Source: an uncultured Sphingobacteriales bacterium | Lineage (GTDB): Bacteria > Bacteroidota > Bacteroidia > CAILMK01 > CAYYUA01 | Direction of reading: 5' to 3' | NCBI GenBank assembly: GCA_964549595.1 | Contig: CAZJWK010000003.1 | Span: 3,242-67,241, forward strand | DNA length: 64,000 bases | In this document: positions 10,789 through 20,543 of the stretch, piece by piece | Layout of the letters: each line of letters starts with the position of its first letter | Numbering within the stretch: position 1 is the stretch's first letter | Notes under the pieces: generated by a model | The model's input: only the letters and a program-made list of their open reading frames with translations | Database searches by the model: none | Told to the model about the DNA's origin: nothing | Translations under genes and position numbers: made by a program

Positions 10789-11166
10789 TTATAATAACCC
10801 TGACTCATCCTCTTCATTAAATCCCCTTTCAATGCCTTCCAAAAAAACCAAATCCACTGCCTCTTCTCTGGAGGGGGCATGGGAAATTTGATTTTCCTCT
10901 GCAAAATGGGTTAAAGCAGAATTGTTTCCAGCGATTATCAAAGAACAGCCTTTTTCCTGCGCCTGGTCGGATAGATCCTTCATAAAACTCATACCATTTG
11001 GCGCTTCAACCTCAAGTTCCGGGAAATAAAGGACGACATTGTCATTGCTATCTTCCCATAAGTGCAGAATTTTCTCCTGAATGGCTTGAATGGTTTTATT
11101 GGAAAGTTCTTTATCAGTGACCTTAACCAAAATATGTTGCTCACCTTTTTCAACAGAAAGAGCCAT
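10789..11166 (-). CDS. Small STAS-like domain protein (anti-sigma-antagonist-like), function unknown
   Basis: 125 aa, acidic; conserved location between rnz and trxB; only weak fold resemblance. Confidence 0.4.
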   Translation of the reverse strand: MALSVEKGEQHILVKVTDKELSNKTIQAIQEKILHLWEDSNDNVVLYFPELEVEAPNGMSFMKDLSDQAQEKGCSLIIAGNNSALTHFAEENQISHAPSREEAVDLVFLEGIERGFNEEDESGLL

Positions 11167-11250
11167 AAGATGCTAATTTTTTCGAAGGTTAATATAAAGC
11201 CTTTTGCTAAACAGAATTAATTCCAAATTAAAAAAATCACAAACATCTAA

Positions 11251-12213
11251 CTAAGAAGCTTCTTGTTTTTCCATCTGTTTAACGGCTAAATATTTTTCCG
11301 CCTCCAGCGCAGCCATACAACCTGTCCCAGCCGCTGTGACAGCCTGGCGATAAATATTATCCTGAACATCTCCTGAAGCAAAGACGCCTTCTATATTGGT
11401 TTTCGTAGATTTAAACTCCGTGTAAATGTAACCACTCTCATCCATATCCACTTGTCCCTTGAATATGTCTGTGTTGGGTTTATGACCGATAGCAACGAAA
11501 AATCCTGCCAGGTTAAGGCGTTTTTCTTCATTAGTAATGTTGTTATAAATTAGGGCACCTTCCACGGTTTTATCACCCAAAATTTCCTTGGTCTCATGAT
11601 TAAAGAGAATGGTTATGTTATCGGTTTGCTGAAGGCGTTTTTGCATAATTTTCGAGGCCCGCATAACATCCCTGCGAACCAAGAGGGTCACCGAATTACA
11701 AAGTTTTGACAAATAAAGCGCTTCTTCGGCAGCCGTATCTCCCCCACCAACTACTGCGACATCCTCTCCTTTAAAGAAAAAACCATCGCAGATGGCACAT
11801 GCGGAAACCCCATTCCCATTTAACCGTTCTTCAGATTCCAAACCAAGCCATTTTGCGGAAGCACCTGTAGAAATGATGACTGATTCCGCTTCTATCACTT
11901 TTTCTTCATCGATGGTTACACGATAGGGTTGGGTACTGAAATCAACAGCTGTGGCATGCCCAAAGCGAACATCCGTGTTAAATCTTTCAGCCTGTTTCTT
12001 AAAATCTTCCATCATCTTAGGCCCCTGCACACCGTCCGGATAACCAGGATAATTTTCCACATCGGTTGTAATCATCAATTGGCCACCAGCCTCTATGCCT
12101 GTATAAAGGACCGGATTTAATTCAGCCCTTGCCGCATAAATAGCGGCTGTATAACCTGCTGGACCAGAGCCAATAATTAGCAAATCCACCTTTTCAACAT
12201 TGTTGTCATTCAT
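11251..12213 (-). CDS. trxB: Thioredoxin-disulfide reductase
   Basis: 320 aa; FAD (IIGSGPAGYTAA) and NADPH binding motifs; redox CAIC motif (GVSACAICDG). Confidence 0.9.
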   Translation of the reverse strand: MNDNNVEKVDLLIIGSGPAGYTAAIYAARAELNPVLYTGIEAGGQLMITTDVENYPGYPDGVQGPKMMEDFKKQAERFNTDVRFGHATAVDFSTQPYRVTIDEEKVIEAESVIISTGASAKWLGLESEERLNGNGVSACAICDGFFFKGEDVAVVGGGDTAAEEALYLSKLCNSVTLLVRRDVMRASKIMQKRLQQTDNITILFNHETKEILGDKTVEGALIYNNITNEEKRLNLAGFFVAIGHKPNTDIFKGQVDMDESGYIYTEFKSTKTNIEGVFASGDVQDNIYRQAVTAAGTGCMAALEAEKYLAVKQMEKQEAS

Positions 12214-12304
12214 ATTTTAAATCCATTTTTAAGTACCCGTCTAGAACTTAATCTAACACTCCCCGGGCAAAAAAATTCCTGATTTTTCAACCATTAAAGG
12301 AAAG

Positions 12305-12330
12305 TAAAAAAAGGGCTTTAAAAGCCCTCC
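12305..12330 (-). terminator. Rho-independent terminator (palindrome GGGCTTTTAAAAGCCC followed by a T7 run on the minus strand)
   Basis: Perfect 7-bp stem, AAAA loop, T-tract; lies 20 nt downstream of the stop of the 12349..13647 gene. Confidence 0.7.
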
Positions 12331-12348
12331 CACTTTTTGAGGGTAATT

Positions 12349-13647
12349 CTAATTAATCTTAAACGTTGTTAAATGAAGCCTTAGAGGTTGATTTTGCCCC
12401 CTTGGTGTTTCACGATCCAGATACCATTTAAGGAAAATGGTGATTTTCTCATTATTCCCTACATCAGCATTTTCCAAATCAATGGAGGCATAAACCAAAC
12501 GTTTAAATATTTCCTTCCCTGTTTCCTTTGAAAGGGTTTTTACCAAATTTTGCTTATCCTGGCGTTCAATTTCCTCAAGGCTTTTAAAACCATTTTGTTT
12601 TAAAAGTCTGGAGAGTAAGGTTCCCTGAATATCACTTAATTTTTTTAAAGTAGATTGCGCACTAAGCGCAGCTTTATTCAGGGCATAATTGTAATTATTA
12701 AAGCTTTGAGCCCTTAGGGTGTCCAGCATACTCATTACCTCCATGTTATTCTTTAAACGCATTCTGGCATTCCTGAAAAACACCTTATCCCGCTGGATAA
12801 GAGAAAGGTAAGACTTTACCGGAACATCCCCGGCCTCCCGGAAATAATCCATATAATTTACAGTGTATTGAACCAATTTGTAAAGTGATTTGTAAGCATC
12901 TATTTTTTGCCTGGACCCAATTTCGTAATTATCGGCATTGCCTTGCACATCATTCCTGACCTGAAGCAAAGCAGAGGTTATTTCCCGGTTTTTAAACAGG
13001 GTGGGTTTGTCCACATATACGGCCAACGTACTGGATGAAGGCACATACATTACCACTTGCCTTAACTTTTGATACAAATCTTTATGTTTCTTCAGATGTA
13101 TATTGGTCACTGAATCTGCACCGGCACGATTATAAAAGGCCAGCAGCTCATTGACTTTTTGCTGTAAAAAAGTACCGGAACGACCTGTAAATGCCGGAGA
13201 CAAATTATCCCACAGGGAATCGATTTTATTGGCTTCTGTAAGCATGCTTAAAAAGTAAGTCGCATTATCTATCGCTGAGTTTCCGGAAAAACCGATCTGA
13301 TATTCGTTCTGCCCTACAACGGAATAGGGAGAAACAGGAATTTGCCTGTCATCCACTTCCGCACCAATGGAAAAATTCCCCTCAAAATCAGGATTATCAG
13401 CCAATTTTTGTTTATTGAACTGAACCCTTAGTATGCTTTGAGGATCGACCTCTTCCACTTTCCTCTGAATGGTATCAAAAGCCCATACCAGTTTAGGTTC
13501 TTTAGGTTCCTGCGTGTTTTCATAAATCTTGACATACTGCCTGGGATCTACTTCATTGATTTTTTCAACCCCTGTTTGTGAAAAAGCATTGGTAAGGAAC
13601 CCGCTTAACAGAATGATTAAAGTAAGTAAGCGCTTCATAGGTATCAA
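12349..13647 (-). CDS. Secreted hypothetical protein (signal peptide), no recognisable family
   Basis: 432 aa; N-terminal signal MKRLLTLIILLSGFLTNAFSQ; strong terminator downstream. Confidence 0.6.
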   Translation of the reverse strand: MIPMKRLLTLIILLSGFLTNAFSQTGVEKINEVDPRQYVKIYENTQEPKEPKLVWAFDTIQRKVEEVDPQSILRVQFNKQKLADNPDFEGNFSIGAEVDDRQIPVSPYSVVGQNEYQIGFSGNSAIDNATYFLSMLTEANKIDSLWDNLSPAFTGRSGTFLQQKVNELLAFYNRAGADSVTNIHLKKHKDLYQKLRQVVMYVPSSSTLAVYVDKPTLFKNREITSALLQVRNDVQGNADNYEIGSRQKIDAYKSLYKLVQYTVNYMDYFREAGDVPVKSYLSLIQRDKVFFRNARMRLKNNMEVMSMLDTLRAQSFNNYNYALNKAALSAQSTLKKLSDIQGTLLSRLLKQNGFKSLEEIERQDKQNLVKTLSKETGKEIFKRLVYASIDLENADVGNNEKITIFLKWYLDRETPRGQNQPLRLHLTTFKIN

Positions 13648-13821
13648 GTTTTAGTGGTTGATCATTTCCTTTTTTCCAAAAACCCACTCTTTACCAAAAG
13701 ATAAAAAGTTCGTAATTGGACAAGGCAAAAATAATTGAGTTCAGACAAATTTCAACAATTTGTCGTATTATTCCTTCGAAAAATACGGCTTAAAGTACCA
13801 AAACCCGGAGTTAAAAGGTCT

Positions 13822-15456
13822 TTACCTTTTTATCAACTTTCTTTCAATTCGGAATTCATCATTGCTTAAGACCAGCATGTAAATACCGGAAGTTAAATTA
13901 CTTAATGCTTGAAACTGAAACTGATTTACCCCCTTACCAAAATCAACCTTTTCTTCTTTAATAATTTGTCCTTTGGCATTAATCAGGTTCACACGGTAAG
14001 TGTTGTTTTTCTTAGCATAAAAAGCAAAGCCGAATCGATCCTTAAAGGGATTAGGAGTAATACTAATAAGGTGATTATCAGTACTTTCTGACCTTTCTGA
14101 TTTCTTCAGGGTCAAATAAGCTTCATAAAAATCAGGGATTCCATAACCAGTGAATGTATCGGGCTCTTTATAATGAGAAGCACTTTTGATAATGGCATCC
14201 CTGATTTCCATATTGGTAACCTCAGGGTAGGCTTGCCATAACGTAGCCGCCATACCGGCAACCAAAGGGGCGGAAAAGGAAGTCCCATAACCTTGAAAAA
14301 GTTGATTGTCTTCATCCCCGGCTGTGAATACTTTTTCTCCTTGCGCCACAATTTCAGGCTTAATCCGCCCGTCTGCGGTTGGTCCCCTGGAGCTAAAGTT
14401 TGATAAGCGCCGATTGGAGTCTACAGCTCCGACAGTAAGTACGCTATCCGCATCAGCCGGAGCAGAAATTTTCTGCCAGGAGGGGTCATTACCCTTATTC
14501 CCGGCACTGGTTACCACTAAAATGCCCTTTTGAGCAGCTATAGAGGCAGCCCGGGAAACAGGCGCGGTTTTTCCATTCAAAATAGAAATCTTATGATTGG
14601 ATAAGGTATCATCAAATGTCGTATAGCCCAATGAGGAATTAATAATTTCTACCCCCACACTATCAGCATATTCAGCGGCTGCTACCCAGGAATATTCTTC
14701 TATCAGGAATTCACTATTCGTATTCTCAGACCGCAAAAGCCAATAATTACTCAAAGGGGCTGTTCCGGTTAAATTGTGCTCTAAATAGCCCCCCATTACC
14801 GACAATACCATTGAACCGTGAAAGCTATAGCTAAAAACCCCTTTATTTTGCTTCACAAAATCATAGGTACCCTTTAACAGGTTAAATACCTGCAAATGCT
14901 CAAACGCCTTTAACTCATGTGCTTTGGTAAAACCAGCATCCAATACGGCAATGTCAATTCCCTTGCCTTTCAGATCCATTTGATGCAATAAATGGCCGTT
15001 CATCATCTCCACTTGATGATCACTCCGGCCGTAGAGCATATCAAGATCCGGGATATTTACTTGTTGGGAATTAGGCTTCAGGTAAGTCCCTCTCACCCTA
15101 AAACCTGTATCAACGAAATCGAATTTTCTCACCTCCCGTAACTGCCCGGAATCCTTTAGTAAAACAGCTGCTCCGTTAAGCCACTTTGAACGAATCAAAA
15201 CTTTTTTACCAGCTTTGGCGACCTGCTTTACATAAGCCGGGTTGACAGGGAGGTCCCTTTTTTCAATGGGAATATTCTGCTTTTTTCTCCTTTCAATAGC
15301 TTTTGATGATAAGAAAGCCTCTGGATTACTAAGCGTATAGGGCGTACCTTCTTTGTCTTTGAAGCGAAACCAATAAACCGCACTTGAATCCTGGGCATTT
15401 AAGAACGGAATTCCGGCCAACCATATAAGGAGAAAAAAGGCTATGTAACGGATCAA
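13822..15456 (-). CDS. S8 (subtilisin) family serine peptidase with T9SS C-terminal sorting domain
   Basis: 544 aa; signal peptide; catalytic D (VLDAGF), H (HGSMV), S (GTSFSAPLVAG); C-terminal ~80 aa Por/T9SS CTD (ISITPNPFKDRF...YMLVLS). Confidence 0.85.
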   Translation of the reverse strand: MIRYIAFFLLIWLAGIPFLNAQDSSAVYWFRFKDKEGTPYTLSNPEAFLSSKAIERRKKQNIPIEKRDLPVNPAYVKQVAKAGKKVLIRSKWLNGAAVLLKDSGQLREVRKFDFVDTGFRVRGTYLKPNSQQVNIPDLDMLYGRSDHQVEMMNGHLLHQMDLKGKGIDIAVLDAGFTKAHELKAFEHLQVFNLLKGTYDFVKQNKGVFSYSFHGSMVLSVMGGYLEHNLTGTAPLSNYWLLRSENTNSEFLIEEYSWVAAAEYADSVGVEIINSSLGYTTFDDTLSNHKISILNGKTAPVSRAASIAAQKGILVVTSAGNKGNDPSWQKISAPADADSVLTVGAVDSNRRLSNFSSRGPTADGRIKPEIVAQGEKVFTAGDEDNQLFQGYGTSFSAPLVAGMAATLWQAYPEVTNMEIRDAIIKSASHYKEPDTFTGYGIPDFYEAYLTLKKSERSESTDNHLISITPNPFKDRFGFAFYAKKNNTYRVNLINAKGQIIKEEKVDFGKGVNQFQFQALSNLTSGIYMLVLSNDEFRIERKLIKR

Positions 15457-16178
15457 GGTAAGTGGTACTTTTTCAGTTCCTCACGAATGATATGCCCTGT
15501 ATTGGCTTTTTGCTCCCAGGGTATTGCTTTTGGCGGTATAGAATCTCCTTTAAAACGGAGGTTTAAACGCTCTTTGTAAACCTTTCCTATGCCTTTGGCG
15601 TAAACAACCTTTTTCCGTTCCTGTTCAATCAAATTACCAGCATCCAGTTCGACTACCGTAGTGGTACTGTCAAAAGTCAGGTAATTTGTTTTGAAACGCT
15701 GATGGACATTTTTGTAATAAAAATCCCTTGCCTCCTCCCTGTTAAAAGCATTGCCATCCCATGACTTTTTTTCCCTGACCGGGAAGGTTAGCTTGATAAT
15801 CCTTTGATTGTCATTCAAAACCTGGTATTGGTTTTGGGTAATTTTAGCCGTAAAGAGGTTACTTCTCTCCTTCACGCCCTCTCCATTTCCTCTCACCTCC
15901 CGCTTCATCATAAACTGATTGCTGTCCAGCCTTTTAACAACCTGTTCTCCAACAGTATATTCATAGGTATCAATGGTATTATTAAAATTGTCATAATAAA
16001 AGGAATCTGCCTCGTAAATAAAAGTCATACCACTATCAAGGTGAATATAGTCCTTATGCATGGGAGCTGGATCTGCCAGTTCACGATCCGTTTCACAGCC
16101 ATGAAAAAAACCGAAGAGAAGCATTAATCCAAAGGCGAAGTGAAAGATTGTTCCATTTTTCATTCTGATGGATTTCAT
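15453..16178 (-). CDS. Hypothetical lipoprotein translationally coupled to the downstream S8 peptidase
   Basis: 241 aa; signal plus Cys (FFHGCETD); stop overlaps peptidase start (ATGA). Confidence 0.55.
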   Translation of the reverse strand: MKSIRMKNGTIFHFAFGLMLLFGFFHGCETDRELADPAPMHKDYIHLDSGMTFIYEADSFYYDNFNNTIDTYEYTVGEQVVKRLDSNQFMMKREVRGNGEGVKERSNLFTAKITQNQYQVLNDNQRIIKLTFPVREKKSWDGNAFNREEARDFYYKNVHQRFKTNYLTFDSTTTVVELDAGNLIEQERKKVVYAKGIGKVYKERLNLRFKGDSIPPKAIPWEQKANTGHIIREELKKYHLP

Positions 16179-16231
16179 GGCCCAATTATCAAAACTGTAA
16201 AAGATATATTTAAATGGGAGGAAGCCCGATG

Positions 16232-17383
16232 CTATCCTGAGACAGCTTCCCTTGCCGTTTCATTGATTGAGTGCTTATCTTCCGAATCAAAACTTTGATA
16301 AATGTGCCCCCCTCCTATTACATCATCTCCTTCATAAAACACGGCCGACTGGCCAGGGGCTATGGCATCCACACCATGATGGAAAACAACTTCTACTTCA
16401 TCCTTCTTTACGTGCTTAACCGTACTCATTGCTCCTTTATCATTAGCCCTGATGGCGGTAATGCCCTCAATGTTTTCAGACAAACCGGGATATTTGACAA
16501 AATTGACATTTCGTACCAGCATGCCCCGGCTCTTCAGTTCCTCTGCCGGCCCCACCACAATGGTATTGGTTTCAGGCCTTATTTCCGTGACATATACGGG
16601 ATAACCCAATGCCAGGTTTAAGCCTTTCCTTTGGCCAATGGTGTAAAACGGGTAACCACTGTGTTTGCCAACAACCGTCCCATCGGATAGGATAAAATCA
16701 CCCCCTTCTACCCTTTCTTGCAAACCATCAACTTTTCTTCTCAGGAAACCCCTGTAATCATTATCCGGTATAAAACAAATTTCGTAGCTTTCGCTTTTAC
16801 CCACCAATTCATGATATCCCCATTCTTTGGCCAATTCAAATATTTCGGACTTGTGGTATCCTCCGAGCGGAAAAATAGTACGGGCCAGGTTTTCCTGGGT
16901 GAGACCCCACAACACATAGGACTGATCCTTGTGCGTATCTTTTCCCCTGGAAATGATATACCTTCCATCCTCATACCGTACGTTGGCATAATGCCCAGTG
17001 GCAATGTAGTCACAATGCAATTGCTCAGCCCTTCTCAGTAAAGCCTTCCATTTGATATGGGTGTTGCACAGAATACACGGGTTTGGCGTACGCCCTTGCA
17101 TGTATTCATTGATGAAGTCCTGAATTACCCAATCTCCGAATTCGTTTCGAATATCAAGGATAAAATGGGGTATGCCATTTTCCACCGCTATCATCCGGGC
17201 GTCATTAATACTATCCAGACTGCAACAGCCGGTCTCTTTTTTGTTACCACCGGAGGTTTCGTAATCCCATGTTTTCATGGTCATTCCGATCACCTCATAA
17301 CCTTGTTCTTTTAGCATGACCGCTGTCAAAGTACTATCAATCCCGCCACTCATAGCTACCAAAACCTTGCCTTGCTTACTCAT
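16232..17383 (-). CDS. mnmA: tRNA-specific 2-thiouridylase
   Basis: 383 aa; PP-loop SGGIDS; MnmA catalytic Cys region. Confidence 0.9.
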   Translation of the reverse strand: MSKQGKVLVAMSGGIDSTLTAVMLKEQGYEVIGMTMKTWDYETSGGNKKETGCCSLDSINDARMIAVENGIPHFILDIRNEFGDWVIQDFINEYMQGRTPNPCILCNTHIKWKALLRRAEQLHCDYIATGHYANVRYEDGRYIISRGKDTHKDQSYVLWGLTQENLARTIFPLGGYHKSEIFELAKEWGYHELVGKSESYEICFIPDNDYRGFLRRKVDGLQERVEGGDFILSDGTVVGKHSGYPFYTIGQRKGLNLALGYPVYVTEIRPETNTIVVGPAEELKSRGMLVRNVNFVKYPGLSENIEGITAIRANDKGAMSTVKHVKKDEVEVVFHHGVDAIAPGQSAVFYEGDDVIGGGHIYQSFDSEDKHSINETAREAVSG

Positions 17384-17692
17384 AATGGGGCTTTTAAGTA
17401 TTTATAAACCGATACCAATCTAAAACAGTTGTTTTCAAAATCGTTCCAAAATTGGGATTTAAAGACGGAAAAGGGTGAAATGGTACAAAATTCAATGTTA
17501 AGTAATCATCCCATTAACCAAAAGTCCCTATTTGAATGATCCGCTACCTCATCCACGAAAACAGGATTAATCCTCATACCCAGCTTTAAACCTCCTAACA
17601 AAACGGGTTCCAATTGGAATCACTTATCTTCTGAATCATCCGGTTATCCAATTATCCAATGACTCCTCGCACCATCCAATGTTTTCTTACCT

Positions 17693-18769
17693 TTGAAACA
17701 AAAAGTGACTGACACGTTTCTATCCGGCCAAGAAGGCCTTGAGGCATTTTATCAATGGCTTTGGGAACAAGATTATTCGGCCATTTTCATCCTGGCAGAC
17801 TCCAATACTTCGAGCCAATGTTTCCCCCTTATTGAAGACCACTTGCAAAACTTTCCCATTGAAGGTGTACTGGAGATCCCCCCGGGCGAAGAAAACAAAA
17901 CCATCTATTGTTGCGAAGACATCTGGGAAGAATTACTAACCCATGAGGCCGACCGTTATTCATTGTTGATTAATTTAGGGGGAGGACTTATAACGGATCT
18001 TGGTGGCTTTATTGCCAGCACATTCAAAAGGGGTATGGATTATGTGAACGTTCCTACCACCCTTTTGGGTATGACAGACGCGGCTATTGGTGGCAAAACC
18101 GGTATCAATTTCCGGGGCATTAAAAACCAGCTCGGAACCTTTAAAAAACCGGAAAAAACCGTTATTTATCCCCCTTTTCTGGATACCCTGGATAACCGGC
18201 AATTCAGAGCCGGCTTTGCCGAGATGATAAAACATGCCCTTATTGCCAGCCCTAACCTATGGTTCCAGCTCAAAAGCCTTAAACCGACTAATAAAGAAAA
18301 AGTCAAAGCCCATTTGACCGACTCAGCGAAAGTCAAGCAAGTCATCGTAGAAGAAGACTTTAAGGAATCAGGAACCCGAAAAAAGCTCAATTTCGGGCAT
18401 ACCATCGGGCATGCACTGGAAAGCTATAGCCAGGTGCATGATGAAAATCCCCTGTATCACGGCGAGGCCATTGCCCTGGGAATGCGAGTGGAAAGCCTCC
18501 TCTCACACGAACACCACAGCCTGGATGCCCTGGATTACGAAGACATAGTACAATGCCTTGAAAACGCTTTCCCCGGTTATTCAATTCCTGAGGAAGCCTT
18601 TGAGGAATTGCTGGAATACATGGAACTTGACAAAAAGAATTCGGAAGAAGGAATAAACTTCACCCTCCTTGATCATGCGGGCCGAGCGGACATAGATTTT
18701 TTTCTGAACCATGAAACCATCAAAGCGGCATTGAGCAAAACCCTGGTAACACAAAATGAAAAAGGTTAG
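17693..18769 (+). CDS. aroB: 3-dehydroquinate synthase
   Basis: 358 aa; GGGLITDLGGFIAS and NVPTTLL...DAAIGGKTGIN motifs; the reading frame opens on a TTG. Confidence 0.8.
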   Translation: MKQKVTDTFLSGQEGLEAFYQWLWEQDYSAIFILADSNTSSQCFPLIEDHLQNFPIEGVLEIPPGEENKTIYCCEDIWEELLTHEADRYSLLINLGGGLITDLGGFIASTFKRGMDYVNVPTTLLGMTDAAIGGKTGINFRGIKNQLGTFKKPEKTVIYPPFLDTLDNRQFRAGFAEMIKHALIASPNLWFQLKSLKPTNKEKVKAHLTDSAKVKQVIVEEDFKESGTRKKLNFGHTIGHALESYSQVHDENPLYHGEAIALGMRVESLLSHEHHSLDALDYEDIVQCLENAFPGYSIPEEAFEELLEYMELDKKNSEEGINFTLLDHAGRADIDFFLNHETIKAALSKTLVTQNEKG

Positions 18770-18771
18770 TT

Positions 18772-19116
18772 ATGGCCGAAAAGCCTAAGGCTGAAATCAA
18801 AGATTTTGAACATCTGGATATCAGAACAGGCACAATCGTGGAAATTCATGATTTCCCGGAAGCCAGAAAACCGGCTTATCAACTCCGAATCGATTTCGGG
18901 GAAGACGGAGAAAAACAGTCAAGTGCCCAGTTAACGGAATATTACTCCAAAGAAGATTTGCTGAACAAACAGGTGATTGCCATAATCAACTTTCCTCCTA
19001 AGCAAATCGGCCCTTTTGTGTCAGAATGCTTAGTGCTCGGAATTGAGGGCAATGAGAACGGAGTGGTGTTACTGCAACCGGAATGGCCTGTAAAAAATGG
19101 TTCAAAAGTAGGATAG
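18772..19116 (+). CDS. tRNA-binding protein (CsaA/YgjH-like OB-fold)
   Basis: 114 aa; Myf/CsaA tRNA-binding domain signature; 2-nt spacer after aroB. Confidence 0.75.
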   Translation: MAEKPKAEIKDFEHLDIRTGTIVEIHDFPEARKPAYQLRIDFGEDGEKQSSAQLTEYYSKEDLLNKQVIAIINFPPKQIGPFVSECLVLGIEGNENGVVLLQPEWPVKNGSKVG

Positions 19117-19142
19117 TTGGCAATGCCAAGCCCTATCTTTAA

Positions 19143-20474
19143 CTAAAGCTCCTTCAATAGCAACCCTGCTATTTTAAATAACTCGATTTCAGCCAACTTG
19201 GCATCGTACCGGGCATTACTTCTCCGCGTCTTGGCACGGATAAAATTTACCTGCGCCTGCCGGAGCTGGGTTGTGTTTACCTGGCCTAATTGATAAGATT
19301 CCCTCGTGCGCTCGAGGTTCAGTTTGGCATTTCGCACATTCCGCCCTTCCATTCTCAATGTCTTCAAATATTTCTCGTAATCGGCATAAGCATTCTTTAA
19401 ATCCCTTTGAACCTTTAATTCGGCATTTTCTAATTGGTGTTGGCGATTTTTTATTCGTATGGCAGCATTTTCAGCCCGTATCTTGTTTCGGTAGCCTGAA
19501 AACAAAGGTATGTTCAATTGAAGTCCTGTACTCACTCCATTGCTTTGGTTTTCTTTCAGGAAACCGGCATCGTTATTGGATAAGCTATAACTATAACTTC
19601 CATTTAACGAAAGCTCCGGGAAAAATTCAGCCTTGGCTATTTTCTGCTGCAAACGGGCTGTTTTTAACTGACGATCTGCAGCCAGAATATTGACATTGTT
19701 TGCTTTGGCCTTTTTCATTAAATCAGATTCCTCCAACCGTTTGCGTAACTTTACTTCTGATTTTACAGAAAAAGCGGAACTGATTTTTTGGCCAAGCAGC
19801 ACATTCAAGCTACGCTTGGCGTTTTCATAATTGGTTCTGGCCTGAATCAAAGTGCTACTATCTGAATCGAGGTCAACACGGGCATTTAATACATCAACCT
19901 GTGACTTATTCCCGTATTGCCGTTCTTGTTTAACCCTTCGTAACCGCTCAAGGGATAACTGCACCGACTCCCGGGTTATTTGATATTGCGCCCTCAAACG
20001 AGCTACCTGGTAATACTGGTTGACCACCTGCAATAATGTCTGCTCAATGGTTTGACGAGCCTGAGCATCACTCAGATCTTTTTCCACTTTAAGCTGCTGG
20101 TAATTGTACCTATTTCCAAGCCCGTCAAAAAGGGTATAATTCATATCCAATGAAGCATTCACATTAGTAGCCTGTGCCCCACTGACCTCCTGTTCACCCA
20201 AAGGTTCCTGGAATTCCTGGCGCGTATCCTCATTTTGATAATTTCCACTGGAGGAAAGACTTAGGTTGGGCAACATACCAGCATTACCGATGTGCACATT
20301 ATTCTTGCTAATCTGTGCATTATTGCGGGCCACTTGTATGCCATGGTTGTTTTTCATGGTCTTCTCCACTGCCTCTTGTAAAGTCAGGGTATCTTTTAAC
20401 CGATTATCCTGTGCGAGCACAGATGTAGTGAAGAACACCCAAAGTATTGTAATGGAAAATTTTATTGGTTTCAT
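19143..20474 (-). CDS. TolC-family outer membrane efflux protein
   Basis: ~443 aa from the internal start MKPIKFSITILWVFFTTSVLA (the ORF extends to 20531); two coiled-coil/beta-barrel repeats; last gene of the efflux operon. Confidence 0.8.
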   Translation of the reverse strand: MKPIKFSITILWVFFTTSVLAQDNRLKDTLTLQEAVEKTMKNNHGIQVARNNAQISKNNVHIGNAGMLPNLSLSSSGNYQNEDTRQEFQEPLGEQEVSGAQATNVNASLDMNYTLFDGLGNRYNYQQLKVEKDLSDAQARQTIEQTLLQVVNQYYQVARLRAQYQITRESVQLSLERLRRVKQERQYGNKSQVDVLNARVDLDSDSSTLIQARTNYENAKRSLNVLLGQKISSAFSVKSEVKLRKRLEESDLMKKAKANNVNILAADRQLKTARLQQKIAKAEFFPELSLNGSYSYSLSNNDAGFLKENQSNGVSTGLQLNIPLFSGYRNKIRAENAAIRIKNRQHQLENAELKVQRDLKNAYADYEKYLKTLRMEGRNVRNAKLNLERTRESYQLGQVNTTQLRQAQVNFIRAKTRRSNARYDAKLAEIELFKIAGLLLKEL

Positions 20475-20543
20475 GGTTTTAATGTTTTCTATTCTCATCC
20501 AAAAAGCGTTTAACCAACAATTTGCGGTCATTGATTTCCCGGT

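Noticed and set aside
17693-17704. Unusual TTG start of aroB, considered as possible pseudogene/frameshift
   Set aside because: The downstream frame is intact with all DHQ synthase motifs; an alternative GTG/ATG start a few codons downstream is equally possible; no evidence of disruption.
19117-19142. Possible convergent terminator between the CsaA-like gene and tolC
   Set aside because: The 26-nt spacer contains no convincing stem-loop or T-tract.
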